A stretch of DNA of 61,471 bases, the filler included. It is 12 parts of 12 records of this genome, joined end to end, with 100 filler letters (N's around TTAATTAATTAA, not from the genome) between each part and the next. Parts side by side here need not be neighbours in the genome. Positions count along the whole stretch, not along the records: positions 50,098 to 53,535 come from SRR15195285_4844; positions 53,636 to 61,471 come from SRR15195285_4845; 10 more parts are not named here. One strand, written 5' to 3'. The translations under genes were made by a program, and so were the position numbers. The notes beneath the pieces were generated by a model. It was not told the DNA's origin. It saw only the letters and a program-made list of their open reading frames with translations, and ran no database searches. Position 1 is the stretch's first letter. The number at the start of each line of letters is the position of its first letter. Below, one piece after another: positions 50,333-61,471 of this stretch.

Positions 50333-52909
50333 ATGGGGAGGGGAGAGAGGACACCCCGCCGCCGCTCGGCGCGTGGCGTGACGGCCGCAGCTTCTGCCGC
50401 TTCAACAGCGGGGGCGACCGGCGGCGCCGGGGTCCCGAAGAAAAAGAAGAAGAAGGCAAAGACCTCGACGGACAGTGAAGGACCCCAGGCCCCCGTCTTC
50501 TCTGAACCAGCCCTGGCCTATGTCGCCAACATGGTCGGCAGGCTTATGAGACTGGAGCTGGAAATGGGGGGCGAGCAGATGACCGACGACGACGTTGACG
50601 TGGCCCGCCGGCGCGGGTACGGTGACGGTGGGCGCGCCCGCGGAACAACTGCCGACGACGAGCATCGTCCACAATTGGACACGCGCTTGATCGAGAACAT
50701 CCTAACGATGGTACCCCCTGGCCATCTTCGCGCGCGGTACGACGCAGCGACTCTGCTGGCAACGGCACGCCTCACGCCCGCGGAGGCGGCCGAGGTTCAC
50801 TCCGATGCCACAGCCGAGCGGCACGCGGTCCTCGTGGTCCACCAGATGGTCGAGCTCTGCATTGCTCAGGCGGACCGCATGTCGCCAGGGGTCGTGGCGC
50901 AAACGGACAGCATACTTCCACGCATAAAGGAGCAGATTCGGAATGGCGAAGGCGAGTGGCCGGGCCCGGATGAGCCTGGTCCGATAGATCGTGCGCACGG
51001 ACTCAGCCAACCCGAGGAAGAAGTGAGGGGGATGTGCGAGGAGTTTGACATAATTTTCGAGAGCCGCGAACAGGCCGCAGAGGCGCTACAGTACCCGCTG
51101 ACAGTGACGTGCCTAGAAGACTGCGTGCAAGACATCGACGAGCAGCAGACAACCTGTGAGTCGAGCAGTAAAAACAGATGAACACCGAATTGATAGTCAA
51201 AATAGTGCAGGCGTACTACTTAGTTGCGCAGTGTAGCCGGCCGGCTGACTAACCACCATGCGCGCGTTCTTCTGCAGGGATGAAGCTCTTCGCAGGCGTA
51301 GAAACGCGAGCGCTACAAGCTGCGCAGCTCCCATTTAAGGTAGGCGACACGGTAGAGGTTGGTGGTCTGCAGGGCGCACCCCAGCATAATGGCAAGCAGG
51401 GTGTGGTGCAACGCTTCGACGCGGAGAAGGGGCGATTCATGCTCAAGGTCGCCGGACTGAAGAAGCCGCTAGCAGTGAAGCCGGAGAGCCTGGCGAAAGC
51501 TGGGAGTGAGTCCCCGAAGGAGAAGCGCAAGGGCGAATCCCAAGCAGCTACGTCGACAGACGTGAAGAAGACGTCGAAGCGCCCCGCGCAGAAGAAGTCG
51601 AAGAGTCAGCCCGAAGCTGCCTGGGGTGAGCTGGAACGATCGCTCTTGCAGGAGATTGTGCAGTACACGAAGCCGGCCAGCCGAGCTGCTTCTGGAAATG
51701 AGGAGGAAGGGCGCGGCAGAGGTGAGGTCATCAGGTGCCGGCTGTTTGGCAAGGACCTCGTGTCGGCGGCAGCCGTCAACAAAGCCTGGCGTAAAGCGCT
51801 GCACTGGACCGAGTTTCCAGACTGCCAAGCGTGGGCAGGGGTTCTGCCCGGCATGTTCAACTGGAGGCTGCTCGCGACGGCGCCTCGCGGCTTGCTCGAG
51901 CTCCATCGAGGCCAGACGTTTTTCGACGAGCCAGTGCGCGCAGATGCAGAGGACGATGAGCGTGAGATCTACGAGCAGATAGATGTTGACCTCGACATGC
52001 TGCTCGGAGCTGAGACTGACAACCAGGTCGCGCTAACCACACTGACCAAGCGCTGCCCGGGCATCACCCAGCTTCACCTCAACGGCGCTGTGCACCCGTG
52101 GACGATGCAGTGCCTGTCACGCTTCCGCAACTTGCACTCGCTTGACTGCAACTACGTCAAGTGTCCCTATGAGCACGTCTTCCACGTAGGCAAAAACGCC
52201 CTCCTTTTGCGCCTTTCTACATAGAAAACGCCGGACCATTTAACTCCCCAATGCAGGCTCGGGATAAACATAGCAGGAGAACTTGAAAGAAAAACCGTTG
52301 TTGCTGCAGGTGGCGAGCTCTGGCTGGGCGAAACTTAGGAGCGTGAACTTCGGGAGGTACTTCGTTGACGACGAGATCCTGCGATCTCTGGGCATGCACT
52401 GCCCATCGCTGCATACTGTCATGGCTGATCGCTGCGGTGGTGCTGTGACGGACGAAGGCATCGTCAGCTTGGCCCGGGGCTGCCGACGGCTGTTTCAAGT
52501 CGATCTGTCGCGTGCGCATATCGGCGATGTTGGGATGCATGCGTTTGCGGAGTTCTGCCCTGAGCTGCGCTGGTTGGAGCTGAACGAGTGCCGCGGGATC
52601 ACAGACGAAGGGCTGGCAGCGTTCAAAGGGCGCGCCGGACCACCTGTCGACGGCACGGATGACAATCATGTGGCGAAGAAGACAACGAAGACGAAGCAGC
52701 AGCAGCAGAAGAAGAAGACCGAGAACTCTAAAGGCAAGGAGACACCTGCAGTGCACGTCCCTTGCCCTGAGCTCAGGTCCGTGTCGCTGATGTATACGGG
52801 TGTGACGGAGGAGGGAGTCGAGGACTTCAAACGGTGGGCGAAAGACCAAGCTAATATTGAGGACGAGATTGAGATCGAGTTCGAGACGGTTGACGGCGAC
52901 GATTATTGA
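50333..52909 (+). CDS. F-box/LRR (FBXL/AMN1-like) protein with an internal SH3/KOW-like beta-barrel, 3 exons
   Basis: Introns 51157-51277 and 52187-52276 join three ORFs in frame; KVGDTVEVGGL...GRFMLKV...VKPESL; AWGELERSLLQEIVQY (F-box-like); CPSL..VTDEGI and CPEL..CRGITDEGL repeats. Confidence 0.75.
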
Positions 52910-53343
52910 AGCCTGCGCTAGGAACGGCTGTACCCATCGCAGTGGCAGTACAAGCGGTAACGGCTGCCGTTGTGTTGTCACGCTGGCGCGAGCCACCTCG
53001 GTAATAAACCCGATTATAATAAAAATGTGCAGTCGTGGCAGCGGCAGTGGGAGTGGTAGCATGCGCAGCATGGTCACGGTGATGCAAACTTCAAATCCTT
53101 GCTGCAATTCTATTCGAATACGCTGTTGGAAATGAAGATGCCGGAGTTTCAGGCACCAGGGTGTCGCGTCTCAAAGTTCAGTGCATTTATCCATTTAGGT
53201 CTTTAATGAACACAGACACAATTTTTTGTGATTGCTCGACTTCCCTTCCGCCTTCCCACACACCACAATATATCTCACCGTATAGTATATGACAAGCAAA
53301 CGCGTCTCCGCACCTTTTGACCTGGCGTCTGAGTTCGATTCCG

Positions 53344-53525
53344 AGGCCTTATGCCCTGTGTCACGTGGTTAGGCGAGTGAGTGGGAACACTACACGTGTG
53401 GCCAGTCCTAAAACCGAGTATCATTCCAGTCACCATTATTTTGGAAAGGGGCGCATTCCCCTACCACCCCTACCTCTAGAGGGCATAAGGCGAGAGGGCA
53501 TAAGGCCCTTATGCCCTCTCGCCTC
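53344..53525. repeat. GGGCATAAGG/CCTTATGCCC repeat copies at contig end
   Basis: AGGCCTTATGCCCTGTGTCA, identical to 28294; GAGGGCATAAGGCGAGAGGGCATAAGGCCCTTATGCCCTCTCGCC. Confidence 0.8.
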
Positions 53526-53535
53526 TTCCCCCCCC

Positions 53536-53635
53536 NNNNNNNNNNNNNNNNNNNNNNNNNNNNNNNNNNNNNNNNNNNNTTAATTAATTAANNNNNNNNN
53601 NNNNNNNNNNNNNNNNNNNNNNNNNNNNNNNNNNN
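53536..53635. other. Artificial contig linker
   Basis: N44-TTAATTAATTAA-N44. Confidence 0.99.
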
Positions 53636-53636
53636 C

Positions 53637-56600
53637 GGGCGGGAGCGGAAGACGAAGGCGAAGAAGGACAAGACGGAGAAGGGCGGGCTGCGCCAGCGCA
53701 AGAAAAAAGGGGACGTGGAGCCGGAAGACGCCGCCGGCTGGTCCTCCGCGCTGGACCCCGAGATGCAGTACGGCGCCAGCAAGCACGCACGCAAGGGGCG
53801 GGACAGGAAGCAGAAGAAAAGTGGCAGGAACCAGGCCGAGGAGCGCACATTCGAAGACATCGATCTCGGGGCAGGTGGTGGGGACGGGGGCGGGTTCGAG
53901 CCGTACTTCCAGCCACCAGAGCCATGGCCTGCCTCGCGACCCGGCGGCATGCTGAATATCCATAAGGTGACAGAAAAACTGTTCGTTAGCTGGGAAGAGT
54001 TGCTCGGGTCGCGCGAGTCACTAAAGGGCCGCATCGATGTCATCGCCGCTGTGCATGGTTGGGAAGGCGCGAGCAAACAGAAAAGTTTCCTCGGCGGAGT
54101 TGAGCCCACCGCGCTGCTGAACTCCATTCAGGCAGAGATTGCTGCGCTGGATCCGGTAGCAGACGCCCTAGAGAGCATGGATCTCATGCTGGAGCTGCAG
54201 AATGTACGGAAGCAGCTCGAAGTGGCTGGGGATGAGCGGGACCGGCTCGCGGAGGACCTACAGCAGTCACTAGAGGACTGCTTTGAAGCGCGCGACCAGC
54301 TGGCTGGACAAAGCACGGAGCTCGAGATACTTCGGCAAGAAGCAATGTCAGCAGCAAAAGTGAAGGCTGCTGAGGAGGCGCGCAGCAATCAAGATGGTGG
54401 TGACACCGCGGCCGGCATGTTGGCAGAGGCTAATGCAATTCTGACTGACGGTGGTGATCCACTCGCGGCGTTCAAGATGATGTTGTCGCGTGACCAGGTC
54501 GCAGATGGACGCCGTGTTGTGCACGCGCTCGAGAAGCTGAAGCTGCCCGACGAGTCGATCATGGGCCAGCGTGAACTGGCTTGCTGGCATGAAAACAAGA
54601 AAACAATCACAAACTCGCTCAAAACGCTGAGCAGCCAAATATATTCCGCGACGACTCGAATTCTCTATGAGATCATACAGAACGCCGACGATTGCTCATT
54701 CGAAGACGACTGTGGTGATGCGAGCAGCCAACCAAGAGCAGTCCGGGAACTCTACCTGGAGTGCAGCGATGATGCTCTGGTTGCCTATCACAACGAGAAC
54801 GGGTTCCAGCCAAAGGACTTGTATGCGATGTGCCAGGTTGGAGAGAGTTCAAAAGCAGCAGGTTCAGGTAAAATTGGCCGGAAGGGCATCGGGTTCAAGT
54901 CGGTTTTTCAGATATGTGACCGGCCGGTTGTCCTCTCTCCTCCGTTTCAGTTTTGTTTTGACACCATCAAGCATGAAGTGTTCGGTTATATCGTCCCGTC
55001 TTGGGTGGAGAAACCACACGAGCACGTGCCAGCAAGGCATCGTGAACACCTGGAGCGCATCTTTCCTGGTGGATCTTTGACTCCCTCGGCGACTGGCACG
55101 CTCCTCGTGTGTCCAATGGCGCAGCGTGTCCGGGGCCTCGACTTGATGCGGGACTTGAGCTTTGACGGTCTTTCATTGGCCTTCTTGAAGAATTTGGAGA
55201 AATTGAGCTTCGTGTCGTCGGTATCGCGTGGACAAGCACCACATTCGGAATCAGTGCCTGAAACATCTGCTGCTAGTGGAGCAAGCAGCAACCAGCGGGA
55301 GCTTGTGTACACTCTGGAACGGACGGATCAAGATGTCAGTGACGTTGCCGCTGTTGCGAGTGGTGTACTGAAAGGCGTCAGTGTCGTTAGCCACAGATTG
55401 TCTCAAGTCACCATCGTCGAACGTCGAGATGCGACCGTGACCCGCCGCCATTACCGGCTACACAGCTACACCATTCTGAAATACAAGTCTGACTCCAGCA
55501 AGACGGACACTACAATCAGAAACACCCCAGACCAGTCAGCTGCAAAGTTGCCCGCCACTACAACTATCTCGTTAGCGTTTCCCGTAGACGAGGCATTCGC
55601 ACCTCTCCGGTCAGCGGACGGCGAACTAATTTTTGCCTATTTACCTGTAACAGCAGTGGGCTTCGGCTTTGCAATCAACTGTGATTTTGAGCTGGTTGCC
55701 AGCCGTCAGGATGTCAACGACAGCCATAGTGGCAATCACGTCCTCCTAGGCAGGATTCCTCCACTGTTTGTGCACGCGATTCTCACTGATCCCTGCCTTG
55801 GAGAAGATGCGTTCGCTACTTACCTGCCAGACATCGAAGGCATTCGCAAGGATCGCAGTGGCGGCGGCCGGAAGTGGCATGCACTAGCATCTGCTCTCCA
55901 TCGCGAAACTGGTGCATGGATGATGATCCCTACTGAGGATGTGCCGGAACGCGTGAAGCGCAAACATGTAGTTCTTAGACCTGTGCACTTATCTGACACC
56001 CTGGTACCTAATAGCCTCTTAAAGGAGGTTTCAAGCAATTCAGAGATAGGAGAAATCAATTTCGCGCATGCGGATGCAGTGGTTGACATGGCTCTAGATC
56101 ATTGCATCGACTACTGTCCTGTCAGCATTATTCTCGAGTGCATTCGAGCGGTGCTTGATCCGGTGGATGAAGATTTACTGATGTCTGTATTCGACAAAGG
56201 GCATGCAGATGATCTTGACTCCGACAGACAGTCCAAGAAGGGCAAAAAACGGCGTGGAAAGCGGGTGAATCTGTGGCCTGGGGACTGTGAAGGAGACTTT
56301 GCTGAGTATGCAAGAAGGCACCATCAGAAATCTGCTCCTGCACCACTTAGGTCGATCACTGACGAGCAGCTGCTTGCCATCTGGCAGTACCTTGCTGCCG
56401 AGTGCAAAGCTTGCATTGCGCAAGGGGAGGCTGGTCAGCGCTCACTGAGACTTATACTTGATGCTGTTGTTGGGGCTGGGAACACATCCTCCAACCGTAC
56501 CGACCAAGTCAATTCACAGCTCTTTCGTATATTTCCCGTGCGAGGGTCCTCGCGACTGCGGTTGCATTCAGAGTTTGGTGTACCACTGTCGATGGGTCTA

Positions 56601-59600
56601 TCGCCGTCGCTGACATCACAAGGGCCTGCCGTCCTGCGTTTGGCGGAACGTGTTGTTCCACGACTCGACACAGATCGTCTGCAAGGCATCGATCACATCA
56701 TGGAAGTGATGCAGTTCTTCCAAATTGGAGATGCTATAGAGATGGAGCTTGAGCAACAGCTGCGCAACTGCTTTCGTTTTGGCCTTGCAACTACGGCTGA
56801 CCCACAGTTGTGGTGGGACTCTTTCAAGTACGCTGTCTCCAAGGGGCACGCGCACGGTCTTGCAGACTTCATGGCTGGTGCTGCAATAGCGCTGCCCTTA
56901 GCAGACAGTAGAGGTGGAGTGGTGAGCAGTCGCGATGTGCAGCGGCTCTCTGTAGGATTACCATGCCTTCTTGGACTGCGAAGAAGACCATCACATGGTA
57001 GCAAGTACCTGCTGGCTATTCCAGCTACTGTATCAAGCTGGAGCTCCCGTGTGCGCTGGGAGCTGGCAATGGTACAAGCATTTGGGTTGACGTACCCGAG
57101 GTCTGACCTCGAACGAATCCCGATGGGAGCCTTTGCTGCAGATCTGATCTTCGCTGTGACCGAGGCTCGAAAGACTGGCAGCAGTGGGACGCTTGAGGCC
57201 TTGATCGAGCTGATTGATATCTACCAGAGCCGAATGGGCTCGCTTTTGCCGCTACTCCAATCGGTGTTGCAGAAATCGTATCGGCCTGAAGAGTGCTTGC
57301 TGGAAAAACGTGCAGAATTTCAGCCGTTTGGCTCCTCGTGTTCTCCGAAGTTTGTCGAAGGGGTGTTGGACTTCTGTGACGTCACACTGTCAGATGATTC
57401 CTTTCATAATATACGCGATCTACTCGAAAACAGCCTTGGAATGTTGCGCCTGCGGATGGTTGGCGATATGACAGTAGATGAGACAGCTACGGAGGATGAT
57501 GTTGATCGCGTTGTTGACAATGACAGAAGTTCGGACGATGACTCATTTGCGTCTGCAGAGGAGGAGGAGGAGGCACTGGACGCACCGGATGCTACCATGA
57601 CTTTGTTAGACGATGATGAAGACGGAGATGCTGATCGTGGGGCTTCTGACGAGGCTACATGGGCGCTACTGGAGCGTCTACTTGGCTTTCACCACACATT
57701 TGAGCCACGTGACTGCCCCTGGTTGTTATATTCTGTGCTTACACCGGCCTTAGTTGAAGCACGCGAGGGCTCAGCGTGGGATGAGCCACGTGTCCCAACC
57801 CTCAGTGCCCTCGCTTCTAGCATTACGCACTTTTTGCGAGAGCTAGAAAGGGGCACTGCAATTGGATGCAGCAGCACGAAGGAAAACTGTCAATTGGATG
57901 TGGCAGCTGATCTGTGGCCGCTGATCTGCAACGCTGGTGGCATGTGGCTCGGTGGAGAGTTCGTCAGTTTAGAGCGCTGCGTGTGGAAGAGTGCAGGCGG
58001 TCCGATCTGGGAGGTGTTGATGGAATGTGGGTGTCAGCTGGGGGGTGTCGTGGCCATCGAATCGACGCTAATTGAGTGCTTGAATCAGACGAAGGTCGCG
58101 CATACAGACGTGGAAGCTGACGAGCGGGGCAATTTCCTTGTGACACTGGGTAATTGTTGTAAAAATGGCTCAGCCAAGCGCCAAGGTTCAACCTGGTCCC
58201 CTGGCCTTGCCTCCCCAGCACTGCCACACCCAACAGGTTTGCAGATGATGCTAGATTCGACATTGCCGATGTTGCTTGAGCGTGAATGTGCGCAACAGCT
58301 GGAGGGCACGCAACAACAAGAGTTGAGCATTGAGCACGAGTGGTCAAATTCGACCCTATCTTGCTATAAGGCAGTCGTTGCGACGCTTGAGAACGGTGGA
58401 TTCCCACGGGGGCAGCGATGGATGGTGCCTGTGCCTTCGATTAGTTTTGGCACCTGTCAGCTTGTCGTAGACCGTGGATTCAACCGACAGCTAGCAAGAG
58501 ACTCAGCAGCTCTCCTGGTATTTCCTGGCGATAGTGACGGATCGACAATCACTACGTTTTCATTGCGACATTTTGGCGAACATTGCCTGCACCCTGGATT
58601 GGTGTCGCTGTTTGCGCCTGTAGCAGAACGGCAGAGTGTTGGTTTCGAATCACCACGCGCACGAGTTCAGCGTACTTTTAGTCGCAGCCTGCGTCTGGCC
58701 GTAGCTGAGGCATCCACTCAGGTTCCAACCACCCCAGCAGCGGCGGCAGCTGCGGCGGCAGCATCTCGAGCGGAAGGCAGCAACGACGGATATGATCGGC
58801 TGTGGTCCTTCATCAGCGAAGTCTATGGCAAACCTATGTCGCCTTCAGAGGAGTTGGATGAAGGAAACCCAGCTATTCCGTCTGGTTTAACAGATGCAGA
58901 CAACTGGGAACTTTTGATGTGGGCTGCCATAACATGCGCAAAGCAGTACTACTTGGCACAAGTAGCGACCAGCAATCCACAGCATGCGTTCCGTTACCAA
59001 GAAACTCTGCACCGTGTCCGTCAATGCGTACCGTTCGTTAAGATTTGTTCTGGGCGAGAAGCGTGGGGTTTCCTTGCCGAGTCTCACGATGCAGCCGCTG
59101 CGAACACGGACGAAGCTGCTCGTGGGGTACTGCTGCTGCGTACGCTGTTTGGCTTTCAGCTTTGGGGCAATCTCAGCGGCGTGGAACTGCTTGGCCGCGC
59201 ACCAACATACACTGCTGACATACCTACCAGCATTCTGTTTACTTGCACCGGCCGCGCCACACAAGCGAGCAGCGATCTAAACGGGTTGTTGGCGGCACGT
59301 TTTCCAGAGGAGCTAGAGCGCGAAGCTTTAGTTCTCGTATGGGAATGGTTTTTGCTCGAGGTGGCTGGTGCAGCACCACCTAATGTGCTGTGGTCGACTC
59401 TGCAGGAGCCCATCGTAGCATCGACACGCCCTCGCATTCGGCGCGCTGAGGCTGAACTTCGATCCATTCCGGTAGACAATGCGTTTTCTTGCTTGCTCGA
59501 CAGCATCTGTGGCCACACTCAAGTTGAGCAGCTACTGGATGACATGGATGCTGTGGATGAGGCCCAAGCAGCAGCGGCGGAGCGTGAGGCTGAGGCTCGC

Positions 59601-60698
59601 AGACGGGAGCGTGAGGCAGCCCGGGCGAGGCAGCGTGCAGAGGCAGAAGCTCTTCGCCGGCAAAGGGACTTCGAACGTCAAGTGGCAGAGGAACAGCGGT
59701 TCGAAGAACGGGAGCAGCGTCGTTCTCGTCGTGCAGCTCAGAGCGCTATCGATGCCACTGCACGAGCTCAGCACCAGTCCCAATCACACACACCAACGCA
59801 GTCACGGCATGGGAGGCGATCAAGGACACGAGAGGATTCACCAGCTCCTGCTCCACAGCACCAAAGTCAAACGAATCAAAGTCGGGTACAAGCTTCAGAG
59901 CCAGCACCTGCGCCAGAGGCTGAGTTACCAAACACCGTTCGTGAGATGCGCGACATGATCCGCGCACAACAGGCAGAGATCAATCGCATGCGTACCCAGC
60001 TGCAGACGACAGCTCGCATGCCTGCTGCACGTATGGATGAAGCGCAGCCAGAAGGAATAGGACGTATGGCCAACACGTTTGTCCGATTGTTTGGTGGTGG
60101 GGCAGCTGGCGGTGGGGCAGCTGGCGATGGTGGTGGCGCACCACCAGTGCGACGCCATACTGATGGTCAGACAATGCGCGAGTCTGAGGTCAAAGGGAAA
60201 CTTGCTCGCTTTCTCGCTGGTATGCGGGCGTACGAGCGGCAGCGTGCTGCTACGACTAGCATCGCTGACGATGGCAATCAACAGCCACTGCCCCCAGTGT
60301 TGTCTGAGTTCATCGCATGGGCCGGCGACGTGCTTGCAGGCGAGCAGCAGCAAAGAGCAAGTGCCAGCAGAGCTGGGGGGAGTGATCGAAGCGGTGTGGG
60401 TGGGACGAGCGCCGAAGAATCAGCACGTCGATACGTTGGTGCAAGTGGTACTACTGGAAGAGGCACTACTTGCACCTCTAGGCAAGGAGATGACGACGAA
60501 GAGGAGAGTTGCTGCATCTGCCTGGAAGTACTGCACGACCCTGCGAACTTTGACCAGCTTGGCGAGCCGCTCGAGACGGCGTGTGGACATCGTTTCCACG
60601 CTGTCTGTTATGCCAAAATGATGGAAAGCACCCAGCAAGATCCGTGGTGCCCGATCTGCCGAAGCGACACCTTCGGCACTTCTGCTCGGTTCTTGTGA
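53637..60698 (+). CDS. Sacsin/NO VEIN-type GHKL ATPase with C-terminal RING-H2 finger; 5'-truncated, no intron in 7 kb
   Basis: YEIIQNADD, NENGF, CQVGESSK, IGRKGIGFKSVF, FAYLP..INCDFELVASRQ; CCICLE...CGHRFHAVC...CPICR; frame open to contig start. Confidence 0.88.
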   Translation, partial: GRERKTKAKKDKTEKGGLRQRKKKGDVEPEDAAGWSSALDPEMQYGASKHARKGRDRKQKKSGRNQAEERTFEDIDLGAGGGDGGGFEPYFQPPEPWPASRPGGMLNIHKVTEKLFVSWEELLGSRESLKGRIDVIAAVHGWEGASKQKSFLGGVEPTALLNSIQAEIAALDPVADALESMDLMLELQNVRKQLEVAGDERDRLAEDLQQSLEDCFEARDQLAGQSTELEILRQEAMSAAKVKAAEEARSNQDGGDTAAGMLAEANAILTDGGDPLAAFKMMLSRDQVADGRRVVHALEKLKLPDESIMGQRELACWHENKKTITNSLKTLSSQIYSATTRILYEIIQNADDCSFEDDCGDASSQPRAVRELYLECSDDALVAYHNENGFQPKDLYAMCQVGESSKAAGSGKIGRKGIGFKSVFQICDRPVVLSPPFQFCFDTIKHEVFGYIVPSWVEKPHEHVPARHREHLERIFPGGSLTPSATGTLLVCPMAQRVRGLDLMRDLSFDGLSLAFLKNLEKLSFVSSVSRGQAPHSESVPETSAASGASSNQRELVYTLERTDQDVSDVAAVASGVLKGVSVVSHRLSQVTIVERRDATVTRRHYRLHSYTILKYKSDSSKTDTTIRNTPDQSAAKLPATTTISLAFPVDEAFAPLRSADGELIFAYLPVTAVGFGFAINCDFELVASRQDVNDSHSGNHVLLGRIPPLFVHAILTDPCLGEDAFATYLPDIEGIRKDRSGGGRKWHALASALHRETGAWMMIPTEDVPERVKRKHVVLRPVHLSDTLVPNSLLKEVSSNSEIGEINFAHADAVVDMALDHCIDYCPVSIILECIRAVLDPVDEDLLMSVFDKGHADDLDSDRQSKKGKKRRGKRVNLWPGDCEGDFAEYARRHHQKSAPAPLRSITDEQLLAIWQYLAAECKACIAQGEAGQRSLRLILDAVVGAGNTSSNRTDQVNSQLFRIFPVRGSSRLRLHSEFGVPLSMGLSPSLTSQGPAVLRLAERVVPRLDTDRLQGIDHIMEVMQFFQIGDAIEMELEQQLRNCFRFGLATTADPQLWWDSFKYAVSKGHAHGLADFMAGAAIALPLADSRGGVVSSRDVQRLSVGLPCLLGLRRRPSHGSKYLLAIPATVSSWSSRVRWELAMVQAFGLTYPRSDLERIPMGAFAADLIFAVTEARKTGSSGTLEALIELIDIYQSRMGSLLPLLQSVLQKSYRPEECLLEKRAEFQPFGSSCSPKFVEGVLDFCDVTLSDDSFHNIRDLLENSLGMLRLRMVGDMTVDETATEDDVDRVVDNDRSSDDDSFASAEEEEEALDAPDATMTLLDDDEDGDADRGASDEATWALLERLLGFHHTFEPRDCPWLLYSVLTPALVEAREGSAWDEPRVPTLSALASSITHFLRELERGTAIGCSSTKENCQLDVAADLWPLICNAGGMWLGGEFVSLERCVWKSAGGPIWEVLMECGCQLGGVVAIESTLIECLNQTKVAHTDVEADERGNFLVTLGNCCKNGSAKRQGSTWSPGLASPALPHPTGLQMMLDSTLPMLLERECAQQLEGTQQQELSIEHEWSNSTLSCYKAVVATLENGGFPRGQRWMVPVPSISFGTCQLVVDRGFNRQLARDSAALLVFPGDSDGSTITTFSLRHFGEHCLHPGLVSLFAPVAERQSVGFESPRARVQRTFSRSLRLAVAEASTQVPTTPAAAAAAAAASRAEGSNDGYDRLWSFISEVYGKPMSPSEELDEGNPAIPSGLTDADNWELLMWAAITCAKQYYLAQVATSNPQHAFRYQETLHRVRQCVPFVKICSGREAWGFLAESHDAAAANTDEAARGVLLLRTLFGFQLWGNLSGVELLGRAPTYTADIPTSILFTCTGRATQASSDLNGLLAARFPEELEREALVLVWEWFLLEVAGAAPPNVLWSTLQEPIVASTRPRIRRAEAELRSIPVDNAFSCLLDSICGHTQVEQLLDDMDAVDEAQAAAAEREAEARRREREAARARQRAEAEALRRQRDFERQVAEEQRFEEREQRRSRRAAQSAIDATARAQHQSQSHTPTQSRHGRRSRTREDSPAPAPQHQSQTNQSRVQASEPAPAPEAELPNTVREMRDMIRAQQAEINRMRTQLQTTARMPAARMDEAQPEGIGRMANTFVRLFGGGAAGGGAAGDGGGAPPVRRHTDGQTMRESEVKGKLARFLAGMRAYERQRAATTSIADDGNQQPLPPVLSEFIAWAGDVLAGEQQQRASASRAGGSDRSGVGGTSAEESARRYVGASGTTGRGTTCTSRQGDDDEEESCCICLEVLHDPANFDQLGEPLETACGHRFHAVCYAKMMESTQQDPWCPICRSDTFGTSARFL

Positions 60699-60842
60699 GG
60701 CGCCAAAATGGCTTACAATCGGTGCAGAGATACTGCAGTGGCATGCGAAGAGCTGTATGCCGGTGGAACGTGTACAATAAAGCGCCGGGAGCCGAGCTGG
60801 CGTTCGGCTGACAAGGTCGTGACAATACGCGGTCTAACAATT

Positions 60843-60961
60843 TGCGCGCCACACGCTCTCCTTTCTGCAGTTTCCGCACACTGCACGTCAGGCGGGGCCG
60901 CGCGCGGACAGCCCAGCGTGCAGCTAGCGGAAACTGCAGAAAGGAGAGCGTGCGGCGCGCA
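60843..60961. repeat. Long inverted repeat (about 45-bp arms, 29-nt spacer)
   Basis: GCGCGCCACACGCTCTCCTTTCTGCAGTTTCCGCACACTGCACG pairs with CGTGCAGCTAGCGGAAACTGCAGAAAGGAGAGCGTGCGGCGCGC with 4 mismatches. Confidence 0.9.
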
Positions 60962-61441
60962 CCGAGCCGAGCTGAGCGCGCCCTTCGTGACCTGGCAGAC
61001 CACGGGGCAACCCTTGAGCACGCCAACGCGTCGCCGTCGGGCGCGTGCGCGAGTTCTAGAATCTCATATCTTATCATGCAATTCTGATTTTTGGACCGGG
61101 TCCAAAAATCATCGAGTTGATTGGCAAAGTGACTGGGAATTCTCATTTGTGGACCTTAAGGATCCTCACTCAGAAATGCCAAGGCGGTCCACTCTCGTCT
61201 CTCATTCGGAGGATCTGACAATCATCGTCACAAGGGAGGGGAATTCAGTACTGAACGTGATTTAAGTCTTTTGCAAGACGACTTGTATGTACATGATTGT
61301 GCACTGATTTGACTCGACAGGCTGCGCCATGGTGTCGGAGGTCGCGGCAGGCTGTGTGCTGCAGAATTTTCTTACGAGTACTCGAATTATGCGGACAAGC
61401 AACCCATGATGCAGACCTGACGGAGCACCCACCAGGACACG

Positions 61442-61471
61442 CACACACACACACACAGACACACACACACA
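61442..61471. repeat. (CA)n microsatellite
   Basis: Direct reading. Confidence 0.85.

Overview
This is not one locus. It is 12 unrelated contigs joined by 11 artificial 100-nt linkers (N44-TTAATTAATTAA-N44), so adjacency across a linker has no biological meaning. The DNA is from a GC-rich, gene-dense microbial eukaryote with short (about 70-150 nt) GT-AG spliceosomal introns and one GC-AG intron, so many genes had to be spliced by hand from the ORF track. Its many secreted hydrolases, dockerin-like repeats and PEPEPE tracts suggest a heterotrophic marine protist such as a Picozoa-like lineage, but that is an impression, not a test. Housekeeping genes: METTL21-type methyltransferase, GST, copine, PUS10, V-ATPase C, NTHL1, SnRK2-like kinase, adenylate kinase. 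Secreted or surface enzymes: cutinase/PETase-like hydrolase, LpqC/PHB-depolymerase with dockerin-like repeats, GH5, beta-helix plus ricin lectin, GH28. Main observations: (1) a six-exon in-frame fusion of a branched-chain aminotransferase with a catechol-O-methyltransferase domain whose catalytic Lys and one metal ligand appear substituted; (2) an endonuclease III whose 4Fe-4S motif is replaced by ankyrin repeats; (3) a C-type lectin domain split by a >200-aa Cys-rich/EF-hand insert; (4) a plastid-type adenylate kinase with a PTS2-like signal; (5) a palindromic repeat family beside a mosaic of gene fragments; (6) a shared ~130-bp element upstream of two secreted-enzyme genes.
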